From Brachybacterium sp. (GTDB lineage Bacteria; Actinomycetota; Actinomycetes; Actinomycetales; Dermabacteraceae), in assembly GCF_036379615.1 (NCBI RefSeq), contig NZ_DASVGJ010000060.1, forward strand, positions 105,310 to 169,309: a DNA stretch of 64,000 nt. The letters run 5' to 3'. The notes beneath the pieces were generated by a model. The model was given only the letters and a program-made list of their open reading frames with translations, was not told where the DNA came from and searched no databases. Position 1 is the first letter of the stretch, and every line of letters begins with the position of its first letter. Made by a program: the position numbers and the translations under genes. Positions 9,035 through 17,390 of the stretch are shown here, one piece after another.

Positions 9035-9825
9035 GCGACCATCCCCGCGGAGAGGTCCACGTCCGCCCCCGTCATCCCAGGCATGCCGAGGATCGAGTGC
9101 ACCGCGCCGGCGACCTCCTCCGGGGTGACCATGCGCCCCAGAGCGGCACGCCCGACGAAGGCCTGACGGGCCTCCTCCGGCGTGATGCCGCGGCGTCTCG
9201 CCTCGGCCCGGTAGTTGTGCTCCATGCGCTCGCTCTCCACGGGGCCGGGGGACAGTGCGTTCACGCGCACACCCCCGCGCCCCGCCTCGAAGGCGAGCGT
9301 GGAGGTCAGGCCCAGCACGGCCATCTTGGAGGCGCAGTACGGGGTGCGACCCTCGAGAGGGCGCTTGCCGGAGACGGAGGCCAGGTTGATGATGTCGCCC
9401 GCGCCGCGGCGCATCATCCCGGGGAGCAGGGCACGGCACATGAGGAACGTGCCCCGCACGTTGACGGCGAAGACCTCGTCCCACTCCTCCGGATCGATGT
9501 CGACGAGATCTGCGACGGGGCCGCCGATCCCGGCGTTGTTGACGAGGATCGAGACGTCCTCGTCCCTGAGCCGCTCGGCAAGCGCTGTGACGTCCTCCGG
9601 GGAGGAGACGTCGCAGGGGGCGGGGAGCACGGCGCCGGGGTGCACGGCGGCGAGCTCTTCGAGCGGTGCCGGCCGACGGCCGACGGCGATCACGCGAGCG
9701 CCCGAGCGCACCAGGCGCGCGGCGATCGCCCGTCCCAGCCCGGTGCCGGCGCCGGTCACCACGGCCGTCCGGTCGGCGAGGTCCTCGGTGCCTGCGTGCT
9801 CGCCCGAATCCGTGCCTGTGACCAT
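9031..9825 (-). CDS. Short-chain dehydrogenase/reductase (SDR)
   Basis: TGAGTGLG Rossmann motif, NNAG, NLAS, YCASK catalytic YxxxK. Confidence 0.95.
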   Translation of the reverse strand: MVTGTDSGEHAGTEDLADRTAVVTGAGTGLGRAIAARLVRSGARVIAVGRRPAPLEELAAVHPGAVLPAPCDVSSPEDVTALAERLRDEDVSILVNNAGIGGPVADLVDIDPEEWDEVFAVNVRGTFLMCRALLPGMMRRGAGDIINLASVSGKRPLEGRTPYCASKMAVLGLTSTLAFEAGRGGVRVNALSPGPVESERMEHNYRAEARRRGITPEEARQAFVGRAALGRMVTPEEVAGAVHSILGMPGMTGADVDLSAGMVA

Positions 9826-9828
9826 GCC

Positions 9829-11148
9829 TCAGCCCTCGGCCTTCGCCGCGGTGATCCAGTCGACGGGGTCTCCGCCGTGCAGGTGGGCGCGCAGGTCCCC
9901 GGAGCGTGCATGGCCCTCGAACCGCTCGACGCGCGCGGCGCGCCCGCACAGCCGTCCGAGCTCGGCGCTGGTCCGCGGAGAGGTGACCTCCTGGTACGTG
10001 ACCGTCTTGAGGTACTTCCCGACCCACAGGCCGCCGGTGTAGCGGGCGGCGCCGCGGGTGGGCAGCACATGGTTGGTGCCGATGACCTTGTCCCCGTAGG
10101 AGACGCACGTGTTCTCACCGAGGAACAGCGCACCGTAGTCGTGCAGGCGCTCCAGTGCCTGTCGCGGCTCGGCGGTCATGACCTGGACGTGCTCGGCGGC
10201 GTTCTGGTCCGCGAGATGCCACAGCTCGTCCATGTCCTCGGCGATCTCGATGCGCCCGTGGTCGCGCCAGGCCGGGCCGGCCATGTCGCGGGTGGGCATG
10301 TCCACCAGGAGCCGCTCGACGATCTCGAGCACCTCTGCGGCCTGGGCCTCGTCCGTGGTGATCAGGACGGCAGGGGAGTCGGGGCCATGCTCTGCCTGGG
10401 AGAGGAGGTCGACGGCGATGGTGAACGGGTCCGCCGTGCCGTCGGCGAGGATGAGCACCTCTGTCGGGCCGGCGAAGAGGTCGATGCCCACCTCGCCGAA
10501 CAGGAGGCGCTTCGCCTCGGCGACGAAGGCGTTCCCGGGGCCCGCCAGCAGATTCACCGGCGCGATGGTCTCGGTGCCCACGGCGAGGGCGGCCACCGCC
10601 TGCACGCCGCCCAGGACGTAGATCTCGTCGGCACCGGCGCTGCGCATGGCGGCGATCGTCGCCGCCGGGATCTCGCCCATGATCGGAGGGGTCGCCGCAG
10701 CCACCCGCTCGACGCCGGCGACCTTCGCGGTCACGATCGTCATGTGCGCGGAGGCGGTGAGCGGATAACGACCTCCCGGGACGTAGGAGCCGGCGCTCCG
10801 GATCGGAACGTGCGTGTGTCCGAGGAGCACCCCGGGCTGGGTCTCGATCTCGAGGTCCGTGAGCGTCCCGCGCTGCGCCTGCGCGAACTGCCTGACGGAG
10901 GCCTGCACAGTGCCGATGTCCTCGAGCGTCTGCGCGCTCAGCGGCGCGATGATCCGCTCGATTTCCTCGTCCCCCAGGCGGAACGAGTCGGGGGACCACG
11001 AATCGAACCGCTCCGAGTACCGGCGGACCGCCTCGTCTCCGTTGCTGCGGATGTCCTCGATGATCTCCTGGACGCGACCGGAGAGCTCGCGGGCCTCCGT
11101 GCGGCCGCTCCCACCCTCACCCGTGGCGGCCTTGAGCACCTTCACCAT
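9829..11148 (-). CDS. Histidinol-dehydrogenase-family dehydrogenase 2 (HpsN-like)
   Basis: YVPGGRYP, GPGNAFV, AGPTE, DLLSQAEHG, AEHV, YGDKVIGTNHVLPT, EGH; RBS AAGGAGG. Confidence 0.92.
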   Translation of the reverse strand: MVKVLKAATGEGGSGRTEARELSGRVQEIIEDIRSNGDEAVRRYSERFDSWSPDSFRLGDEEIERIIAPLSAQTLEDIGTVQASVRQFAQAQRGTLTDLEIETQPGVLLGHTHVPIRSAGSYVPGGRYPLTASAHMTIVTAKVAGVERVAAATPPIMGEIPAATIAAMRSAGADEIYVLGGVQAVAALAVGTETIAPVNLLAGPGNAFVAEAKRLLFGEVGIDLFAGPTEVLILADGTADPFTIAVDLLSQAEHGPDSPAVLITTDEAQAAEVLEIVERLLVDMPTRDMAGPAWRDHGRIEIAEDMDELWHLADQNAAEHVQVMTAEPRQALERLHDYGALFLGENTCVSYGDKVIGTNHVLPTRGAARYTGGLWVGKYLKTVTYQEVTSPRTSAELGRLCGRAARVERFEGHARSGDLRAHLHGGDPVDWITAAKAEG

Positions 11149-11165
11149 CAGTACACTCCTCCTTT

Positions 11166-11179
11166 GGCATGCGCATGCA
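11166..11179. promoter_or_regulatory. LacI-type operator, site 2 (between divergent hisD-like 2 and lacI)
   Basis: GGCATGCGCATGCA, 13/14 match to TGYATRCGYATRCA; core GCATGCGCATGC is a perfect palindrome. Confidence 0.65.
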
Positions 11180-11257
11180 TGAAGTGCGGCAAGTGTGCCC
11201 GAGGTAGGCTCGGGGCGTCAAGGGGGCGGAGGCCTCTCGTTGCGAGGAGCAGGGGTG

Positions 11258-12271
11258 ATGATGGTCAGCAGCAAGGATGTCGCGCGCCTCGCAGGGGTCT
11301 CCCAGCCCACCGTCTCCCGGGCCCTGCGCGGAGACCCTCGCCTGACCGAGGCCACGAAGCAGAAGGTGCGCAGCGCGGCCGAGCAGCTCGGGTACTCGCC
11401 CAACGCCTTCGGTCGCGCCCTGGCGACCGGGCGCTCCACGCGCGTGGGCCTGCTCGTCACGGATCTCGACAACCACTTCTTCATCAACGTCCTCGCGGCG
11501 ATCCATGACGAGCTGGGTGGGAGTGGCCACGAGATGATCCTGCTGACGGAGTCCTCCGGGGCGGACGGGATCGAGGCGCGGGTCTCCTCCTTGGGGCTCG
11601 GTGGCGTCATCCTGGCGACCACGACGACCGCCTCGCTGCTGCCGATCCGGCTCGCGGACCGATCGATCCCGTTCGTCTACTTCAACCGCGTCTCGGAGCT
11701 GGTGGCCGCGGATTCTGTGCAGGTGGATCCCGAGGTCGGCCTCGGCGAGCTCGCGGCCGCCCTGGCGGAGCTCGGGCACGAGCAGGTCGGGGCGGTGCTC
11801 GGCCCCAGCAACACGAGCACGGGCGTGGCCCGGGAGTTCGCGCTGCGGCGGGCGCTCGCCGCTCATGGCCTGACGCTCCGCGATGAGAGCACCCGTCGCG
11901 GCGACTTCTCCGTGGAGTGCGGGAACCTCCTCGCCGGGGAGCTGCTCGACGCAGAGCGGCGCCCGTCGGTGATCGTCTGCGGGAACGACGACGTCGCCCT
12001 GGGGGCCCTGAACGCCGCGGCGGCCCGGGGTCTGAGGGTGCCCGAGGACGTGTCCGTGGTGGGCTTCGATGATCTGCCGACGGCGAGCTGGCCGATCGTG
12101 CAGCTGACGACCGTCCGCTACGACCTCGAGGGGATGGCCCGGGCGGCGGCTCGGGCGATGGTGCGACGGATGGAGAGTGTGCCGGGCGCCGAGGTTGAGC
12201 TCGAAGCCGTCGTGCTTCCCAGCTCGCTGGTGCGCCGACGCAGCCTCGGCGTCGCGCCCACCCGTTCCTGA
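11258..12271 (+). CDS. LacI-family transcriptional regulator
   Basis: SSKDVARLAGVSQPTVSRAL HTH, LGYSPN hinge, CGNDDVALG, SVVGFDD; start 11258 or 11261. Confidence 0.95.
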   Translation: MMVSSKDVARLAGVSQPTVSRALRGDPRLTEATKQKVRSAAEQLGYSPNAFGRALATGRSTRVGLLVTDLDNHFFINVLAAIHDELGGSGHEMILLTESSGADGIEARVSSLGLGGVILATTTTASLLPIRLADRSIPFVYFNRVSELVAADSVQVDPEVGLGELAAALAELGHEQVGAVLGPSNTSTGVAREFALRRALAAHGLTLRDESTRRGDFSVECGNLLAGELLDAERRPSVIVCGNDDVALGALNAAAARGLRVPEDVSVVGFDDLPTASWPIVQLTTVRYDLEGMARAAARAMVRRMESVPGAEVELEAVVLPSSLVRRRSLGVAPTRS

Positions 12272-12378
12272 CCGCGCATCGGCGAGAGTCCCCGTCCGCG
12301 CCCCTGCGCGGCACCCCGGGCGGCCCCCGTGCCCGCTCGACCGTCCGGCCGGCCCCTGCGAGATGAGCTGTCGACATG

Positions 12379-12407
12379 TTGACGAACCGTGTGCATACGC
12401 ATACCCT
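12379..12407 (+). promoter_or_regulatory. Sigma-A-type promoter overlapped by LacI operator site 3
   Basis: TTGACG (12379-12384), 17 bp, TACCCT (12402-12407); operator TGCATACGCATACC at 12392-12405; 12390-12404 is the exact reverse complement of 3021-3035. Confidence 0.7.
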
Positions 12408-12445
12408 CGTGACGAAGCACAGTCGCGACGAGGAGGAGCGAGTCC

Positions 12446-13447
12446 GTGAGTCTGGACCCGATTGCATATCAGCCGTACAGCGATCCCGATGAGTTCATCC
12501 GCGAGGTGACCGACCGGATCTGGGTCGGTCGGGACATCGACCACATCATTGAGAACTACGAAGAGGATTCGATCGTCCACGGGAGCCTGGGGACGACCGT
12601 CGGCCGCCAGGGCGTCATCGACGGCACCACGATGAGGATCGCGACCGTCCCGCAGCACGTCGGGGTCGCCGAGGACGTCATCTGGGAGCAGAGGGGAGAG
12701 GACGCCTTCCTCAGCTCGCACCTGGTCTTCTCCAGTGACGAGCACATCGTCGACGGTCGCCTGCGCCGGGTGCGCTCCCGCACCGTCGCCAACTGCCTCT
12801 ATCGGCGGGGGCGGATGGTGGAGGAGTGGGTGGTCCGCGACTCGCTCGCGGACTGCCTCCAGCGGGGGATCCCTCCGGAGGAGGCCGCTGCGGAGATGCG
12901 ATTCGTCGGCCACGAGGGCTCCTGGACGCAGCAGTCGCCCGCGGACCCGCTGCGCAGCGGCGAGAGCGGACCGCGGCCCAGCACCGCGAACGCCAGCTGC
13001 GCGATGGTGCTGGACATGATCGAGGAGGTGTGGAACAAGCGGCGCCTAGATCAGGTCCACGAGTACATGGTCCGGGACCTCTTCCTCCACACCGTCGGCG
13101 ACTCCACCGTCCTGCGCCCCGAGGGATATCAGAAGGACCTGCTCTCGCTCATCGCCCCGTTCACCGACTGCCGGTTCTCGGTGCGGGACGTCCAGGCCCA
13201 CGACCATCCGGACTACGCGGGCCTGCGGGTCGCCGTGCTCTGGCAGATGACGGGCGTCTACGCCGGCGTCCCCTCGTTCGGCCCGCTCACGAACGCGCCG
13301 GTCGATCTGATGGGCGTCTCCCAGTTCCTTATCCAGAACGGACGGATCGTTCGAGAGATCCGGGTCTATGACGAGATCGCCCTGCGCGCGCAGATCGCCG
13401 TCCACCAGGACGAGAACTCCTCGATGATCGGCACCAACATCTACTGA
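12446..13447 (+). CDS. Tandem SnoaL/NTF2-like (ester cyclase-like) domain protein
   Basis: Two repeated units (..DRIWVGRDIDHIIENY.. and ..EEVWNKRRLDQVHEY..) each ending in MVEEWVVRD / IVREIRVYDE strands; RBS GAGGAGG. Confidence 0.75.
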   Translation: MSLDPIAYQPYSDPDEFIREVTDRIWVGRDIDHIIENYEEDSIVHGSLGTTVGRQGVIDGTTMRIATVPQHVGVAEDVIWEQRGEDAFLSSHLVFSSDEHIVDGRLRRVRSRTVANCLYRRGRMVEEWVVRDSLADCLQRGIPPEEAAAEMRFVGHEGSWTQQSPADPLRSGESGPRPSTANASCAMVLDMIEEVWNKRRLDQVHEYMVRDLFLHTVGDSTVLRPEGYQKDLLSLIAPFTDCRFSVRDVQAHDHPDYAGLRVAVLWQMTGVYAGVPSFGPLTNAPVDLMGVSQFLIQNGRIVREIRVYDEIALRAQIAVHQDENSSMIGTNIY

Positions 13448-13549
13448 CGCCCCACCGGCAGGCCTCCGCCGGCACGCCGCCGGTGGCCCATCGGCCGCAG
13501 CGCCGCACCCCCGCATCCGCACCTCGACACCCGCCACAGGAGCAACGCC

Positions 13550-14698
13550 ATGACCACGACCGCCCCCTCCGGCACCGACGCCGCGAGCCGCACCATCCTC
13601 CGCACCGACTGGGTCCCCTGCAAGACGGCCTTCATCGACACCAGGACGCCGGGCTCGGACCAGAAGGACAACTACTCCTTCATCGGCCCCGGGGTCAGCC
13701 AGAACTCCGACCAGTTCGTGAACATCGCCGAACCCCACGGCTTCAACATGGGCGCCGCCGGCATGCCGCACGGTCTCGTCAACAGCCTTCACCTGCACTT
13801 CACCGCCGAGGTGTTCATCAACTTCGACGGCGACTACCTGCTGCGCTGGGGAGCCGAGGGGGAGCAGGGGACGTACCGGTCCCTGGACGGCGACATCATC
13901 TCGGTGCCGCCGTGGGTCTTCCGCGGCTTCACCAACGAGGGCTCCGGCGACGGCGTCCTGCTCACCGTCCTCGGCCAGGACCGCACCGGAGGCATCATCT
14001 GGGGGCCCAAGGTCATCGAGGAGGCAGGGAAGCACGGCCTGTACCTGTCCTCGGACAACCAGCTCGTGGACACGACACAGGGTGACTCGCTTGAGGGGGT
14101 CGAGCTCATCGAGCCGATGCCGCAGGCGGAGATCGATCGGCTCGACGTCGTGACCGAGGAGCAGTTCGCGACGCGGGTCACCAGGCCGCAGGACCGTGTC
14201 TGGCAGGAGCGGCCGTTCCTCTGCTCGGTGCTGCCGGGCGGTCGTGCCGAGCTGTCCCTCATCATCGGGTACGGCCTCACCGAGCAGGTCCGTGACGTCC
14301 CGCGCCTGCACGATCCGCACTCCTTCACCGTGGCGTGGCTGCGGGCGGCGCAGGGGGAGGGCATGCTCGAGCACACGATCGACCGTCACCAGGTGCTGGT
14401 TGCACGGACCGGGAGCTGGGAGGTCGCCTTCGAGACAGAGGAGGGCCTGCAGACTGTGGAGCTGAACCGGCTCGACGCGGTCTCGATCCCCCCGGGCGCG
14501 CGTCGTTCCCTGAAGGCCCTGGCGGCGGGCGAGGACGGCACCTCTGAGATCCTCGTCGTCGTCGAGGGCGACGGCCGAGCGCATCAGCGGTGGAGCGATG
14601 AGGTGGTCGCCGCGGCGCAGGATGCCGGTTGGGTGCTCGATCCCAACGGTTACGTCGCGCCCTCGGCGCTGCTCGCGAACTCGCCGACCCCGCGCTGA
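13550..14698 (+). CDS. Uncharacterised bicupin-like protein
   Basis: SLHLHFTAEVF (HxH..E cupin motif 1), GDIISVPPWVFRGFTN (motif 2 variant), second degenerate cupin DAVSIPPGARRSL; RBS AGGAG. Confidence 0.65.
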   Translation: MTTTAPSGTDAASRTILRTDWVPCKTAFIDTRTPGSDQKDNYSFIGPGVSQNSDQFVNIAEPHGFNMGAAGMPHGLVNSLHLHFTAEVFINFDGDYLLRWGAEGEQGTYRSLDGDIISVPPWVFRGFTNEGSGDGVLLTVLGQDRTGGIIWGPKVIEEAGKHGLYLSSDNQLVDTTQGDSLEGVELIEPMPQAEIDRLDVVTEEQFATRVTRPQDRVWQERPFLCSVLPGGRAELSLIIGYGLTEQVRDVPRLHDPHSFTVAWLRAAQGEGMLEHTIDRHQVLVARTGSWEVAFETEEGLQTVELNRLDAVSIPPGARRSLKALAAGEDGTSEILVVVEGDGRAHQRWSDEVVAAAQDAGWVLDPNGYVAPSALLANSPTPR

Positions 14699-14705
14699 GC
14701 GCATC

Positions 14706-15548
14706 GTGGACGGTGACCCCGTGCTGCGCGCGGCGGCCTGCCAGCTGCGCATCGACATCGACGCGCCGACACCGTTGGAGGAGATCGAACGGACCGTCGC
14801 GGACGCGGCCGGCGCCGGAGCGCGGCTGATCGTCCTCCCCGAGCTCGCACTGAGCGGATACGTGTTCCGCTCGGGTGACGAGCTGGAGGAGCTCGCGGAG
14901 CGGCCCGACGGACGCACCGCGGCGTTCGCTGCGCGGGTCAGCGCCGAGCACGGCTGCGTCCTCGTCGCGGGGTTCCCGGAGCGGGACGGCGCCCACGTGT
15001 GCAACAGCGCCGTGATCGCCGATCGGGGCGAGGTGCGCGGGATCTACCGGAAGGTGCATCTCTGGGACGAGGAGAAGCTCCTCTTCACGCCCGGGGACGG
15101 GCCGCCCCTGGTGGTGGACACGAGCCTCGGGCGGGTGGGCGTGATGATCTGCTACGACGCGGAGTTCCCCGAATGGGTGCGACGCGCGGCCCAGGATCGG
15201 GTCGACGTCCTCGCCGTGCCGGTCAACTGGCCGCTGATGCCCAGACCGGACGGCCAGGTCGCGGTGGAGGTCGCCAAGATCAGGGCGGCGGCCGCCGCCT
15301 ACCGGGTGCCGATGGTCGTCGCCGACCGCTGCGGCCGCGAGCGCGGCACCGACTGGGTGGGCGGGAGCCTGGTCGCCGACGCCGGCGGATACCTGCTGGC
15401 GGGTCCCGCGACCACTGACGGGACGGCGGCGGCGGCGACGGTCATCGCCGACATCGATCTGCGCGACGGGCGGTGCAAGGCCCTCACGCGGCAGGCGCAC
15501 GTCTGGGGCGACCGGCGGCCGGCGCTCTATGGGGACGACGACCGGTGA
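14706..15548 (+). CDS. Nitrilase-superfamily carbon-nitrogen hydrolase
   Basis: Triad motifs VLPEL (Glu), YRKVHL (Lys), MICYD (Cys); GTG start at 14706 inferred. Confidence 0.9.
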   Translation: MDGDPVLRAAACQLRIDIDAPTPLEEIERTVADAAGAGARLIVLPELALSGYVFRSGDELEELAERPDGRTAAFAARVSAEHGCVLVAGFPERDGAHVCNSAVIADRGEVRGIYRKVHLWDEEKLLFTPGDGPPLVVDTSLGRVGVMICYDAEFPEWVRRAAQDRVDVLAVPVNWPLMPRPDGQVAVEVAKIRAAAAAYRVPMVVADRCGRERGTDWVGGSLVADAGGYLLAGPATTDGTAAAATVIADIDLRDGRCKALTRQAHVWGDRRPALYGDDDR

Positions 15549-15741
15549 CCCGACGACGTCGCGGGAGGACGGGCTCAGCGGGGCGACCTCCGCGGCGGGG
15601 CGTGCTCGCCGGTCGCTGACGATCGGCCGGGAAACCTCCGGCAAGAGCAGGCGCCCTCCCTCCTCCGCGGACATCATGGCTGGTGAAACCCGTCGAGGAG
15701 GCCGCGTGCCGACTCCTCGACGCCTTGAGGAGGAGGAGCGA

Positions 15742-16815
15742 ATGAGGTCGAGGACGACCCCGAGACCACCAGGCCCACGACTCGGACGGCGCACGCTGCT
15801 GACGGGGATCCCGCTGCTCGGCGCCGGAGCGCTCGCGATGGCGGGCTGTGCACCGTCGGACGCCGGCGCGGCCACCGACGTCGAGAACATCCTGACGGTC
15901 TCCCTGAACCAGACCGAGACCCACCCCAGCTATCTCGCGCTGACCTACTTCGGCGAGCAGCTCGCCGAGGCGACGGGCGGCCGCTGGGGCGCCCGCATCT
16001 ACGCCAATGAGGCGCTCGGCGCCCAGCAGGAGGTCGTCCAGCTCGTCTCCGACGGCAGCGTCGACATGGCGATCATCTCCGCTCCGCAGGTCGAGAACCT
16101 CTCGATGGCGTTCCGCCCGCTGAACCTGCCCGGCGCCTTCGTGGACATCGAGCACCAGACCGCCGTGCTGCAGGACGAGTCGATCGTGGGGGAGCTGTTC
16201 TCCTCCCTCGAGGACGAGCGGCGCCTGCGCGTGCTCGGCGGATTCACCCAGGGGTCCCGCCACGTCTACACCGACCGCGGCCCGATCGAGAGCCCCGAGG
16301 ACCTCGCCGGGCTGAAGGTCCGCGTCCAGGAGTCCGACGTGTTCATGGCGCTGACCCGCGCGCTCGGCGCGTCACCCACCCCGATGGCCTACGGCGAGGT
16401 GTACACCGCGCTGCAGGCCGGGGTGCTCAACGGCGCCGAGAACAACGAGGTCAGCTACGTGACCCAGCGCCACTACGAGATCGCTCCGCACTTCACCCTC
16501 ACCAACCACCTGGTGGGGCTCGACTACGTGATGGCGAACGTGGACCGGATCGGGGAGATGGACGGCGCGGACCAGGAGGCCTTCTCTCAGTGCTTCACCG
16601 CCGCGCAGGAGGAGTTCGTGCGCCTGTGGGCGCAGGAGACCGAGTCCAGCACGCAGGCGATGCTCGATGCGGGGGTCGAGATCACCGAACCCGATCCTGA
16701 GGCGTTCACCCCGGCGATCGAGGAGGTGGGGCGCTCCTTCCTGGGCAGCCCTGAGGACGAGGACCTGTACGAGCGCGTGCGCGCGCTCGCTGAGGACATG
16801 GGGGTTCAGCGATGA
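15742..16815 (+). CDS. dctP: TRAP transporter substrate-binding protein (DctP family)
   Basis: Tat/lipoprotein signal (GRRTLL...AGC), GLKVRVQ with conserved Arg, PMAYGEVYTALQAGVLNGAENN; RBS GAGGAGG. Confidence 0.92.
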   Translation: MRSRTTPRPPGPRLGRRTLLTGIPLLGAGALAMAGCAPSDAGAATDVENILTVSLNQTETHPSYLALTYFGEQLAEATGGRWGARIYANEALGAQQEVVQLVSDGSVDMAIISAPQVENLSMAFRPLNLPGAFVDIEHQTAVLQDESIVGELFSSLEDERRLRVLGGFTQGSRHVYTDRGPIESPEDLAGLKVRVQESDVFMALTRALGASPTPMAYGEVYTALQAGVLNGAENNEVSYVTQRHYEIAPHFTLTNHLVGLDYVMANVDRIGEMDGADQEAFSQCFTAAQEEFVRLWAQETESSTQAMLDAGVEITEPDPEAFTPAIEEVGRSFLGSPEDEDLYERVRALAEDMGVQR

Positions 16816-17387
16816 GCGCGCCGCGCAGAAGGATCGTCCAGGGCCTGACCTGGATCAGCATCGCGCTGTTCGTGGTGCTCGTGCTGGTGGTGATGTGGCA
16901 GGTGTTCACCCGCCAAGTGCTGCAGGCCCCGAGCGCCTGGACCACCACCGTCTCCCAGTACCTGTTCATCTGGCTGGTGCTCTTCGCGGTCGCGATGGTG
17001 TTCGGAGAGCGGGGCCATGTGGCGGTGGACTTCCTCGCCCGCCTGCTGCCGCGGCCCGCGCAGCGCGGCACGGCGATGCTCGTCGAGGTCGCGATCCTCG
17101 CCTTCGCCCTCCTGGGCCTGGTCTGGGGAGGGATCCGAGGCATGTCGATCTCCTTCGACCAGGCGATCCCGGGCCTGCCGGTCACGGTCGGGCAGATGTA
17201 CCTGGCCCTGCCGGTAGCGGGCGTGCTCATCGCCCTGTTCGCGCTCGAGGACCTCGTGCGCGCCGCGCGCGGCGAGGACATGCTCGGCGGCGACGACGCC
17301 CAGGCCGAGGCGGCGCTCGAGGCCGCCGGTGCGGACACGACCGACGGCACCTCCCCGACCGGCCCGACCACGCAGAAGGGAGCCTGA
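16812..17387 (+). CDS. dctQ: TRAP transporter small permease
   Basis: 4 TM; QVFTR, WL, HVAVDF motif. Confidence 0.92.
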   Translation: MSAPRRRIVQGLTWISIALFVVLVLVVMWQVFTRQVLQAPSAWTTTVSQYLFIWLVLFAVAMVFGERGHVAVDFLARLLPRPAQRGTAMLVEVAILAFALLGLVWGGIRGMSISFDQAIPGLPVTVGQMYLALPVAGVLIALFALEDLVRAARGEDMLGGDDAQAEAALEAAGADTTDGTSPTGPTTQKGA

Positions 17388-17390
17388 GCC

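Noticed and set aside
3029-11148. Calling either paralogue the biosynthetic hisD
   Set aside because: No other his genes nearby, DK instead of DY motif, and catabolic context; gene symbol withheld
8992-11508. 838-aa minus-strand ORF (also 8297..10108 and the upstream part of 466..2268)
   Set aside because: Alternate-frame shadow of real genes; Arg/Gly/Pro-rich text with no motifs. Long stop-free frames are expected at this GC content.
3029-15548. Complete sulfoglycolysis (sulfo-ED) or DHPS pathway
   Set aside because: SDR, HpcH aldolase and HpsN-like genes are suggestive, but no GH31 sulfoquinovosidase, IlvD-type dehydratase, sulfolyase or TauE exporter is present in the window
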